This document shows positions 55,101 to 63,983 of a stretch of 64,000 nt of DNA, in pieces. The notes beneath the pieces are model-generated. The model searched no databases. It was given only the letters and a program-made list of their open reading frames with translations, and was not told where the DNA came from. The stretch is from a bacterium (GTDB lineage Bacteria; SZUA-182; DTGQ01; JAFGSM01): contig JBLIRO010000020.1 of the NCBI GenBank assembly GCA_049472335.1, positions 1 to 64,000 of the forward strand, written 5' to 3'. Made by a program: the position numbers and the translations under genes. Each line of letters opens with the position of its first letter. The stretch's first letter is position 1.

Positions 55101-56022
55101 GAAGTATCTGATTCGAGCATTCAAACAAGACAGCCTGGAATGTGATACCCGCACCATCAGTGGCTTTCGGGACATCTCTCCATTCAACAATCAGTTTTTT
55201 ACAGTTGGGATTTGATTGATCATCGGGTTTGTAAAAGATACCTCCGCCAAGATCGGGACATAGGTCCATCCAATAAGAAAAAATGCTTATTGGAGGGGCG
55301 TTCCTATGGTTGGCTCTTATTGGTATCGGTGAGTTAGGATTGAAATACGGAAGTGTTCGTTCAGCAAAAGTAAGGTATCCGTTAGAAGAAACCTTCACCT
55401 TTTTATATATCTGATCATAAAATTTAAAATCAAAACCGATTTCAATTTCCTGGTAATCGTCGTCCCCAAGATCTATATACTTCTCCCCGTTAGTTATATC
55501 TATCCATTCATAAGGGACATATTGGCAGGGATAGAGGATTTCAATATTCATTGTGTAATTATTATATACACCCTGATAACTATAGACCTTTATTAGATAA
55601 TCACCAGGAGGCACTGATGCGGATACTATCTCTTCATTTGCAGTAAGACCTGAGATCTCCAGGAAATTATAATCATTTGGCGTAGCTTTTGTGGAATAGA
55701 GAACCAGATCCAAATCTCCGATCATATGGGAAAATTGAATAGACACTTTAAGATTTGCAGTTATTATTTCACCAGAATCAGGCACAATAACTTTATACCA
55801 GTCGTCATCCCGGCAGATAAGATCGTTATATTCGCCCGGGCTAATAGCAGCGGCATTTCGATAGTTGTCGTTTTCGAAGCCGTTCCGGTCTTCCAGATAA
55901 TCATCGGTTGCTTGTGCTATGACATTTGTGCAGAGTAAAATAATAAAACATGAGATAAAAACAGAAAAAATTATCGGGGCCAAAAGTCCCTTTTCAAGTA
56001 TGGGGAATCCCTTTCTAACCAT
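52165..56022 (-). CDS. Large secreted multidomain surface protein (PPC-like, Ig-like, two ASH/choice-of-anchor-D-like, propeller, Ig-like, Y/N/S-rich tail)
   Basis: Signal peptide; DDDWY..DLDLVLY..PGDYLIKV; SSNGYLTF..FQAVL; two IFNxG..INSNDP / ISDDP repeats; NIWIGT repeats; FSEPMN. Confidence 0.78.
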   Translation of the reverse strand: MVRKGFPILEKGLLAPIIFSVFISCFIILLCTNVIAQATDDYLEDRNGFENDNYRNAAAISPGEYNDLICRDDDWYKVIVPDSGEIITANLKVSIQFSHMIGDLDLVLYSTKATPNDYNFLEISGLTANEEIVSASVPPGDYLIKVYSYQGVYNNYTMNIEILYPCQYVPYEWIDITNGEKYIDLGDDDYQEIEIGFDFKFYDQIYKKVKVSSNGYLTFAERTLPYFNPNSPIPIRANHRNAPPISIFSYWMDLCPDLGGGIFYKPDDQSNPNCKKLIVEWRDVPKATDGAGITFQAVLFECSNQILLQYKDVIFTSQNDGYSLGSGATIGITNGRKTKNSIDRISTQYLYKDQGVTEQTSIMFTPSLNDPLRILSSNLIGEEIQDLSPNKQLKILFSQYIDINTLDGSLLIDPYVNGEWLINKNRIVFDHPDDPFETSLSYTVTLLTDKIRNCFEKPLSINGDYIFTFMFNETDINRPLIEVSPESHTFDDVFVNEASNPLDIFIFNRGNADLDIKGIILSDETNFSLNLNGGPDPVGNLPATISSGESRTITIVFTPFSKNEFDASLNINSNDPNTPSIFIPLYGRGVLQPEPDIRVSPTSLNFENTRTGKSSTLDINIFNKGKTVLNISGLNFQNQNLPNFPFVLTGDMIPTENSLLAIPENESRNIPITFTPPIEDMFNTTIEIISDDPDTPKIYVSIKGRGLSMPIYDCLEPYDCLANTNVTVLMIDTNENIWIGTKDGGVCEYNLYNGTFTCFNEDNGLAGNNVADIAMGPDGEIWVATNPDDYGNSAGVSRFIATLETFISYDPAQMGTSYGDIEISDIVVDDNGHLWVAADSELLEFDGSSWKKYGPIGSFITCLDVDSNGRLWIGTDFLGIYVKEPFINLPRSVDITSGIIDNISNIVIDVNGNLWITSRLDNKNSLLFLSPESLISLDQDGLTPESFPLPDSLKTNNDTVINDLFIHPITGSLFIATDNGFFMHDGDGWHHFDITNSYLPSPYINSIIVDEYNDYWIGTEEGLSHFNSAAPYIVGEIYGDKDNEYKTDDLPINTNIFVFFSEPMNRISTKASFQMINKENGKKVNGTFYWNKNSTVIKFEPEPSLAYNSNYEVSISKEAKDRAGMTIDMSFCGETDYCPYVITTESVPEKAEPSTNPYTQYTGLFNYRSNYNYNSSYWSGYSVNNFKSPYWLGHSIGNSLLKIPSDNFNIQYNFDRYSNYQSIRIPQAQSFPFPNFSTWNQFSTSTYNSFASYNSYNNYYTKDMNQTFGYPLQGLNNYTKLYQSR

Positions 56023-56175
56023 CTATTAATAAAACTCCGCACTTCAAGAAAAATCCGTAAATACTCAAAAACCAAGTGATTTTTAAGTATTTAAAAAATT
56101 ATAAAGATCCTGTTTAAAATGTTACTTATATTTTACATTGTTTTGCCCCAAAAAGTCCAAATTTTTTTGCTTGAT

Positions 56176-59100
56176 TTAGATGTGGCAATCACTACATAAA
56201 TAATAATAATCCCTTACCAAAAGCTTCCCATGATTTGAGCTATTGATATCAGAAACCCCGCCTTTCCAGTTTGTGGCTGCTGCATGAACATTGTGACATG
56301 TAAGGCAGATGATCTCTCCGGTATCCGATCCGTAAGTCACGCCCCCCCGGCAACCGCTTCCTCCTGTATAATATAACTCAGGCCATTTTGCATACGTAGG
56401 TTTTGATCCCAGGTTGGGATTGGGACCTTTGTCTATGGGATGGCTATTATGAACAAACCTTAATTGATCCGATTCCGCGTCATGGCATTCTTCACAAAAG
56501 CTATAGGGCGCATACGGAGATAAATTTAAATCCGAAGACCGATGGTTTAAATATGGAGATACCCTGCTGTCATGCACACTGTGACAGGTGCCGCAAAAGA
56601 TGCGGTCTTTTATTGTGCCATAATCGTTCTTGGTGACATCGCCTGTGCCGTCAGACAAAGGAAAGGTCCCTCCGTATTTAATAACCTTGTTCGGGGGATT
56701 GTTAGGATCAGGCGCTGATGCGAACCTGTGGGTATGGATGTCATCAGACCATTTAAGAAGCGATCCAACTCCATCATTGCATTCACCTCTTACTCCTCCT
56801 ACAATGGATTCATTTGAATGACACCCATAGCACATGTCTTCATAGTCATTTAGGTCCGTATCGTCCGGTTTGTCGCCCCACGCCAGATTCGCAGGGCCGA
56901 TCCTCATCAAGGCATCCATATCCGCCCTTATGGAGCCGGAAACTATCTCATTATCCCTTTCCTCACCGTCATGAATAAAATGGCAGAACATGCATTGTCT
57001 GCAGGAAACCGGCCTTTCATAATCCTGACCGGGGGAATTGGGATTGAAAACATTTCTCGTTATGGGAGAATCTGTATTCCAGAAATGCTTTGGTTTTTCG
57101 TCCTCTTCTGTCTGATTGCCTCCCATGACCTTGTCGCTATGGCATTTAATACAAAACTCCGCATTGTCATTGGTGAAGTCCCATCTAAGAAAGTTATTTT
57201 CTCTGCTTTGGATGTAATTTTTCCCGTCTATTACCCCATGAATATCTGCATGGCATGAGATACAGGTGATCTCCCCGTCTTTATTGAGGTTTTTGGTAGC
57301 TTCCGCGCCCGAAGCCCTAATGAATTTGCCCCCTGTCAATTTGGCCTGAGTCCCCATGGGATGATGATTTCTCTTCTTTTCCGTGTTATCTTTTTCGAGC
57401 ACCAGGTCACCATAGATAGGAGCAGCTCCGAATTTTTGCAGATTGTCACTTTCATCCCCGAAGAGGTGGTGAGGCTGATGGCAGGCATAACATAAATAGG
57501 ATGAAATAAAATCAGGATCATTGGGATCATCACTTATGGAGGGAACATTCGGTGAAGAGATAAAGGGTGTTTTTATGTCAACAGGAGGATGAATGCCATC
57601 GTGAGGAGAATGACATTTCAAACAATCCCCCATGGCCTCTCCATGTACTTCCGAATGACAGTCCCGGCAGAATCCCTCGTCAAGGGCATTAACAAGTAGC
57701 GGCCCATGATCCAGAGAATCATCTTCGTTGGAGCCTCCGTCCCAGTTGGTTTTTGCGGTATGTACACTGTGGCAGGTCTGGCAGACCACATTTCCATATG
57801 CGGTGTCAAATGCTGTTTCTCCGTTGGTAATCCCTCCTATGCCCCCGCTGTAGCCTTGATAGTACAAAGGAGGAACGCCCCCTCTTAATGGTACATCCTG
57901 CGGGTGATTCTTTCCTCCCAGGTCTTCATGATAGCTTGTATGACAACTATAACATAGAGATGATCCATAGTTGTCTTCCCTCAGATAGGCCGAGCGCCTT
58001 TTCTTATAATCCTGATTCTTCTCTGCCGTAAACGGGTTTTGCCGATGCACATTGTGACAACTCCCGCACCATATCCTTCCCTCTTCTACACCATAATCGT
58101 TTATGGTCTCTGTCTCCTGGCCATCGGAAACTATGGGCAGGCCATCATCAAAGGTATCTATGAGCTTGATGGAAGCCGAAGGAACGGCATCGAACCTGTG
58201 TGAAAAATAATTTCTTTCTACATTATCACGCAAAAGGGCATTGTCTTCGTTCAATGAAAACTCACTTCCGACGATATCCTGCCGGTAGTGACAGCCATAA
58301 CAGGCATCCTCGTAATCCCTTGTATCCGCGGGCTCGTTTTTCTTGTCGGACCAGGCGAGATTTTCGGGGGCTATACGCATGATTACATCCACGGATACCG
58401 ACGCGTTGAACTGATTTGCCTCATCCTCATCGGTCTGATAAGTGGCATCAGGATCATTGGGCGCGTTATGGATGGAATGACAAAAAAGGCACTGGTTGTC
58501 AGGGGAACCCTGATGATGCCCTTCTCCCCATGGGCCCAGGTCTTCTATGGTCTTGGTTGAGTGACAGGCAATACAAAAGAGACCCGAATTGTCAGGATCG
58601 AAATCCGGAACAACCCGGGGGTTGAGATAATGATCGTTCGTTCCATCATGAACGGTGTGGCAGGAGGCGCAATACAGCTCTCCTGAAGGAGAAAGGGGGC
58701 CCGCTTGGGTCGGCTGATGCCCGGAAGTAGAGGCATCCGCGCCTATACCCATTGGATGATGCTCCCTGGTAGTGTCAAGATCATCTCCTGCTAAAGGCGC
58801 GCCAAGCGCACCGTCAAACCCCGAACCTTCTCTGTGGCAGCCATAACAGGCAGAAGCGGTTTCCCCGGAATCGGAAAAACCCCGGCAGTTTGGAACGGCC
58901 GTAAACGAGACCAATGGAGATATAAGGATATTGGACCCAGGATTCTTGGAGTTATGGGGATGATGGCAATCATAACATCCCCTTTTGCTGCCGTGCCCAT
59001 AGGCATCCCCTGATATGACACCTTTATGACATTGATTACAAAAGGAATTCTCCTTGTCTTTGGCATTCTTGATCAGATCCGCTGTTTCCTGTCTCAGGTA

Positions 59101-59589
59101 GTCCCCGCCGCCCTGATCACCCACCGGCTCATAGGGATCGATATGGGGATCGTGACATGAGCCGCAATAGAAACCGTCTCCCCCTTCCTTTTCCTTTAAG
59201 GGGAAGGGCGCCCAATCCTCTCTTATAATACTCGACCCGTCGATGGAAGCATCCTGCCCCATTACGTGATCGTAGGTCACATCCTCCCCGTATTCATTAA
59301 ATATGTTGTAAATGTCCTTGGCGCCGAAATAACCCTTCCCGTGACAGGAGTAACAAAGTCTCTTGACACCGGTAAAAGGTCCTGTAGTAGCCCTTGCCCA
59401 CAGCATATCATCCGCAGCGTGGTGTGGTATATGGCACACATCGCATTCATTCTGGCTTAGTTTGTGCGGTCCGTTAAAGGCCTGTACATTGGTTGATGTA
59501 ATAAAAGATCCAATAATAAGAGAAACAAGACCTGCGCAAAAACAGGACTTAATCCACCTGGATAACATGTATTTTCTGTCCCTCCCCAT
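56176..59589 (-). CDS. Multiheme cytochrome c, 24 CXXCH motifs
   Basis: 24 CXXCH counted by hand; signal peptide ending NVQA; start may be ATG 59568. Confidence 0.95.
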   Translation of the reverse strand: MGRDRKYMLSRWIKSCFCAGLVSLIIGSFITSTNVQAFNGPHKLSQNECDVCHIPHHAADDMLWARATTGPFTGVKRLCYSCHGKGYFGAKDIYNIFNEYGEDVTYDHVMGQDASIDGSSIIREDWAPFPLKEKEGGDGFYCGSCHDPHIDPYEPVGDQGGGDYLRQETADLIKNAKDKENSFCNQCHKGVISGDAYGHGSKRGCYDCHHPHNSKNPGSNILISPLVSFTAVPNCRGFSDSGETASACYGCHREGSGFDGALGAPLAGDDLDTTREHHPMGIGADASTSGHQPTQAGPLSPSGELYCASCHTVHDGTNDHYLNPRVVPDFDPDNSGLFCIACHSTKTIEDLGPWGEGHHQGSPDNQCLFCHSIHNAPNDPDATYQTDEDEANQFNASVSVDVIMRIAPENLAWSDKKNEPADTRDYEDACYGCHYRQDIVGSEFSLNEDNALLRDNVERNYFSHRFDAVPSASIKLIDTFDDGLPIVSDGQETETINDYGVEEGRIWCGSCHNVHRQNPFTAEKNQDYKKRRSAYLREDNYGSSLCYSCHTSYHEDLGGKNHPQDVPLRGGVPPLYYQGYSGGIGGITNGETAFDTAYGNVVCQTCHSVHTAKTNWDGGSNEDDSLDHGPLLVNALDEGFCRDCHSEVHGEAMGDCLKCHSPHDGIHPPVDIKTPFISSPNVPSISDDPNDPDFISSYLCYACHQPHHLFGDESDNLQKFGAAPIYGDLVLEKDNTEKKRNHHPMGTQAKLTGGKFIRASGAEATKNLNKDGEITCISCHADIHGVIDGKNYIQSRENNFLRWDFTNDNAEFCIKCHSDKVMGGNQTEEDEKPKHFWNTDSPITRNVFNPNSPGQDYERPVSCRQCMFCHFIHDGEERDNEIVSGSIRADMDALMRIGPANLAWGDKPDDTDLNDYEDMCYGCHSNESIVGGVRGECNDGVGSLLKWSDDIHTHRFASAPDPNNPPNKVIKYGGTFPLSDGTGDVTKNDYGTIKDRIFCGTCHSVHDSRVSPYLNHRSSDLNLSPYAPYSFCEECHDAESDQLRFVHNSHPIDKGPNPNLGSKPTYAKWPELYYTGGSGCRGGVTYGSDTGEIICLTCHNVHAAATNWKGGVSDINSSNHGKLLVRDYYYLCSDCHI

Positions 59590-60529
59590 CTACAATATAA
59601 AGCCGGTTTTCAGGTGAAAAGGCGATCCCCAAAGGTTCAATAAAATCCTTTTCTTTGATTAAACTTAAAAAAACACCATTACTATCGAAAACATGAATCG
59701 ATTTTTGGATAAAATCACTCACAAATATCCTCTCTGCAGAATCTATGCCAATATCATAAGGCCTGATAAATTCTCCCCCTTTTATGCCTTTAACGCCAAA
59801 AGAATTTATCGGTTGATGATTGGATGAAAAGAATTGAACCCTGAAGTTGCCGGGGTCAATTATATAAAGCTCCCCATTTTTGTTAAAGGTGCAGTTTGCG
59901 AGCCCTCCGAATTTTCCTAACTCTAATCCCATTTCCCCGAAAGAGGTTATGAATTCTCCTGAGTTTGTATATATATTTACCTTTTGGGTGCATGGGTCAG
60001 GAATGTAGAGTAATTTTTTTAATGCATTAAAGCTGATGAACGGAGCACAGGCATCCGTTTTCCCTTTGGGCTGAAATATTGGGAATTCATCCCTGAATTC
60101 ACCTTCAGGACTAAAAATCAGAACCATATCACGATCCAGATCGCTCACGTAGACCAGGTCTTTATCGTCAATGGTAATTCCTGAAGGCTCTGAAAATCTT
60201 CCTACTTTTTCTTGGTCATTGATTTTCATGCCAAATGAAAATAGAAATGAACCTTTAGGATTATACACCCAGATCTCTCTGGCGTTTGGGACAACAACGT
60301 AAATATTTTCTGCAGAGTTCACGGCAAGGGTTCTGGGGTTGCCATATGTTTTTTCATCTTCATCTTTTTTTGTTTGGAAACTAAAAAGATAATCATATCT
60401 GAACGAGGAATGAGCCTCTTTGACAGGTTGTGACCTTACAGGTATTGATAGTGACAACACTCCGGATATGATGGATATCACAACTATTTTTTTTATTATA
60501 TTTTCTAAAAACCAATTACTTATATTCAT
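59549..60529 (-). CDS. Secreted NHL-repeat beta-propeller protein
   Basis: FSEPSGITID, YIIDPGNFRVQFF, FIRPYDIGID, PLGIAF; N-terminal hydrophobic segment. Confidence 0.92.
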   Translation of the reverse strand: MNISNWFLENIIKKIVVISIISGVLSLSIPVRSQPVKEAHSSFRYDYLFSFQTKKDEDEKTYGNPRTLAVNSAENIYVVVPNAREIWVYNPKGSFLFSFGMKINDQEKVGRFSEPSGITIDDKDLVYVSDLDRDMVLIFSPEGEFRDEFPIFQPKGKTDACAPFISFNALKKLLYIPDPCTQKVNIYTNSGEFITSFGEMGLELGKFGGLANCTFNKNGELYIIDPGNFRVQFFSSNHQPINSFGVKGIKGGEFIRPYDIGIDSAERIFVSDFIQKSIHVFDSNGVFLSLIKEKDFIEPLGIAFSPENRLYIVDGEGQKIHVIQVD

Positions 60530-60661
60530 AATTTTTAAGCCCCCTTAATCCCCTTTTTAGTTTCAACCAATAATTGTGAATTTCATATATATCAAATAGA
60601 TATAGAAATCTTTTATGCTTAAAATTTTTAGTATCCAGACTTTTTTTATGTATGTATATTT

Positions 60662-62815
60662 TTACTCAAATGGATGACAGCCCTGGCACATATCACTGCC
60701 TCCAGGCACCTCCATTAACATGTTGTCCTTAACTAAAAGAAAGCCATGTGTTTTATCACTATCACCTATTTTTAAAGTGCCTTCATGGGATGTTGCTGCG
60801 GCATGCACATTATGACATGTCAGGCAGAGTATATTTCCATCACTTGATCCATTGGTAGTTCCGTAATCTGACTCAGCTAATGCTATACCGTCCTCGCAAC
60901 CGCCTCCTCCAGAGTAGAATAACTTCGGCCAGGTTTCTGCTGTCCTGGGAAAAGCAGGTCCTCTTTCTATTGGATGACTATTATGAACAAAGTTAAATTG
61001 GCTTGATTCCGCATCATGGCATTCTTCGCAAAAGCCATCCGGTTCATAGGGGGACTTCGGGGAGTCATCATAGTTTAAATAGGGAGATACAGTTTTATCA
61101 TGCACGTTGTGGCAGGTGCCGCAAAAGATAGAGTCCTTTTTTGTGCCGTAATCGTTTTTAGTATCAACACCTTCTCCATCGGACAGAGGAAATGTTTCAC
61201 CGTATTTAATAACCGCAGCCGGTGGATTATTAGGATCAGGCGCGGATGCAAACCTGTGGGTATGGGTGTTGTTAGACCATCTAAGAAGCGATCCGGCTCC
61301 ATCATTGCATTCACCTCTTGTTCCTCCTACAATGGATTCATTTGAATGACAACCATAGCACATGTCTTCATAGTCTTCTGAGTCCGTATCGTTTGTTCTG
61401 TCTCCCCAGGCAAGGTTATTAGGGTCGACCCTCATTAAGGCATCTATATCCGCCCTTATGGAGCCGGGAGCGCCTTCGTTATCCCTTTCATTGCCATCAT
61501 GAATAAAATGGCAGAACATACACTGTCTGCAGGGGACCTCTTTTTCATAATCATCGGGATCATTGGGATCATAAACCTTTCTTTGGACGGTTGAATTGGT
61601 ATCCAAAAAGTGCTTTTTGTCGATCTCCATAGTCTTATCACTATGGCATTGAATACAAAACACCGCATTGTCGTCGGCGAAGTCCCATCTGAGGAAGTTG
61701 TTCTCTTTACTTTGATTATAATTCTTACCGGGTATTGCTCCGTGAAAATCTTTATGACATGAGATACAGGTAATCTCATCGTTATTATTGAGATTTTTGG
61801 CAGCTTCTCCACCCGGAGCCCTTTCGAATTTACCACCTGTCAATATGGCTTGAGTCCCCATGGGGTGGTGATTTTTCCTTTGTTTATTATTCGAGGTATC
61901 ATTTACTTGGTCCCCATATATGGGTGCAGCTCCGTTTTCCCGCCAAAAGTTCAAATTGGGATCAGAAGGATCCAATACATGGCGTGCCTGATGGCAGCCA
62001 TAACAAAAATAGGAAGAATATATAAAGGTTCTCTCATTAGGATCTTCGGATAGTCCCGGCACATTGGGCTTGGCTATAAATTTTTCGTCCAGTTTGACCC
62101 TTAATATCAGCCTTGCAATCCTCAGCTCATCATCTCCCATACCGGTTCGGGCCTTCTCATATCCCTTATGCGGATGATGGCAGGCCTGGCAATTATCGCT
62201 GCTCAGATGTGAATTATTGGTTTCATAGGGATTATGGCACTTTTTACAGAAAGGAGATCGATTTCCCGGCTCACCAACATCTTCATTGTTGCTCCTTAGA
62301 TAATCCCCATCCTCTATTCCTTCAGGTTGGAGATGAGGGTTATGGCAACTGCCGCAGTAAAAACCCGATCCGCCTCTATCCCAATCTACGGGGTGTCCCT
62401 GAACAACGTCTTCATCATTAGGATCCAGGGGGAAAAGGACTTCGTCATAGTTTCCCAGCCAATCATCCTGGGAAATATCTGCCGCTCCATGCATGACATG
62501 TGATTCAAATTCTTCTCCAAAGACGGTTTTTATACCGGATTCGATTTCGGGCGAATTCGGATCATTTGGATTTATTCCTCCCTGAGAGAAGGTTCCATCA
62601 TGGCAACTATTACAAAGCTGTCTTACACCCCCGAAATTTTGCAGCACCCTGGCCCATATCTTGGCACCTTTTGCATGATGGGGGATATGACAATTTGCGC
62701 ACACGCCTCTGGAATTAGTTATATTATGAGGCCCGGTAATATTTGCCTGTGAACTGGAAATTATGATCAAAAGCAAAGACAAGCCAAAAAGTATAATCAG
62801 CCCTAACCTTTTCAT
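60662..62815 (-). CDS. Multiheme cytochrome c, 14 CXXCH motifs
   Basis: 14 CXXCH counted by hand; signal peptide ending SSQA. Confidence 0.95.
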   Translation of the reverse strand: MKRLGLIILFGLSLLLIIISSSQANITGPHNITNSRGVCANCHIPHHAKGAKIWARVLQNFGGVRQLCNSCHDGTFSQGGINPNDPNSPEIESGIKTVFGEEFESHVMHGAADISQDDWLGNYDEVLFPLDPNDEDVVQGHPVDWDRGGSGFYCGSCHNPHLQPEGIEDGDYLRSNNEDVGEPGNRSPFCKKCHNPYETNNSHLSSDNCQACHHPHKGYEKARTGMGDDELRIARLILRVKLDEKFIAKPNVPGLSEDPNERTFIYSSYFCYGCHQARHVLDPSDPNLNFWRENGAAPIYGDQVNDTSNNKQRKNHHPMGTQAILTGGKFERAPGGEAAKNLNNNDEITCISCHKDFHGAIPGKNYNQSKENNFLRWDFADDNAVFCIQCHSDKTMEIDKKHFLDTNSTVQRKVYDPNDPDDYEKEVPCRQCMFCHFIHDGNERDNEGAPGSIRADIDALMRVDPNNLAWGDRTNDTDSEDYEDMCYGCHSNESIVGGTRGECNDGAGSLLRWSNNTHTHRFASAPDPNNPPAAVIKYGETFPLSDGEGVDTKNDYGTKKDSIFCGTCHNVHDKTVSPYLNYDDSPKSPYEPDGFCEECHDAESSQFNFVHNSHPIERGPAFPRTAETWPKLFYSGGGGCEDGIALAESDYGTTNGSSDGNILCLTCHNVHAAATSHEGTLKIGDSDKTHGFLLVKDNMLMEVPGGSDMCQGCHPFE

Positions 62816-62927
62816 CTTTGTTAAAATTCTCCCTAACCAAAAAAATCTTATAAAAACCTTCGATAAAAAAATTTACTTAAGTATCGAAAAAATAAACTTT
62901 AAGCCATTTTTTACAGCCGTAACTCAC

Positions 62928-63983
62928 TTATTCCATATCCTTAATAACACTGATACAGTGATAATCCTGGGTCGAAATAAAGATCCTGTCTTCACTGTCA
63001 ATTGCTAAATCAAAGGGCGCGGAATCTCTCAAAGCGTTTTGTTTTTCTAAATCCTTTATTACCCCCAGGATCTTCCCTTTTTGATCGAAGACCTGTATTG
63101 CCGAAATAAGACGGTCCAATACATATATCCTGTCATGCCTATCTATAACGATTGAATTCGGCCTTGCAAACTCACCTAAAGAATCCCCGAAACTTCCGAA
63201 AGAATGTTTAAATTTTCTGTCTGGTCCGAAGACTTGCACCCTTGTATTTGCCATGTCCAGGACATATATATTGCCCTTAGAATCAAATGTGATCTGACCG
63301 GGGAAAGAGAATTCACCTTCAGTGTTTCCAAAGCCGCCAAACTTATCCAAAAATTCCCCGTCAAGGCTGAACCTGCGTATTACGGAGTTGGAATTATCAG
63401 CAATGTAAACAATCCCTTTTTTTCGGTCGAGTCCCATTTTTGTGGCAGTAACAGTCTTTTCTCCTTCTGAGAGCCCTTTAATAATGGAGAATTCTGATAA
63501 GAACCTTCCCTTATTGTCATATACCAGGATCTTCTGTTGTCTGGAGTCTAAAAGGAAGGTCCTTCCATCGGCTGAGATTTCAATGTCAAGAGGAAGAATA
63601 AATCTTCCTTTCCCCCTCCCTTTTTCACCAAATTCAAAACGGAATCTGCCTTCAGGGTTAAATACCTGGACCTTCATCTGGTCCAGAAAAATAGCAAATA
63701 GCCTGTCTTCCGAATCAATGGCAATACCTTTGGGAACCCCTTTTCCCTCTCCTTTGAGACTACTTCCTTTTTCAGAGCTGTATGGAAATATTGATTGAAT
63801 AAATTGTATTTTTCTTCCGGAGATCACTTCCTCCTCAGATCCGGAGGCAGGGCTTTTTATTAAGATAAGGTTTATAATGATGAAAAAAATTATTAAAATA
63901 AAAATCCTGTAAAAGGAGGCAATTGCTACAGAATTTATAAAAGTGAGCCTCATAGGATGTATGAATTTTAAAGAAATCTTCAT
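62928..63983 (-). CDS. Secreted or membrane-anchored NHL-repeat beta-propeller protein
   Basis: PKGIAIDS, GEFSFPGQITFDSKGNIYVLDMANTRVQVF, FARPNSIVID; N-terminal TM segment. Confidence 0.92.
   Translation of the reverse strand: MKISLKFIHPMRLTFINSVAIASFYRIFILIIFFIIINLILIKSPASGSEEEVISGRKIQFIQSIFPYSSEKGSSLKGEGKGVPKGIAIDSEDRLFAIFLDQMKVQVFNPEGRFRFEFGEKGRGKGRFILPLDIEISADGRTFLLDSRQQKILVYDNKGRFLSEFSIIKGLSEGEKTVTATKMGLDRKKGIVYIADNSNSVIRRFSLDGEFLDKFGGFGNTEGEFSFPGQITFDSKGNIYVLDMANTRVQVFGPDRKFKHSFGSFGDSLGEFARPNSIVIDRHDRIYVLDRLISAIQVFDQKGKILGVIKDLEKQNALRDSAPFDLAIDSEDRIFISTQDYHCISVIKDME

Noticed and set aside
56769..61375. Near-identical segments as a diversity-generating retroelement TR/VR pair
   Set aside because: Both copies are coding parts of paralogues, the mismatches are not adenine-specific, and no reverse transcriptase is present
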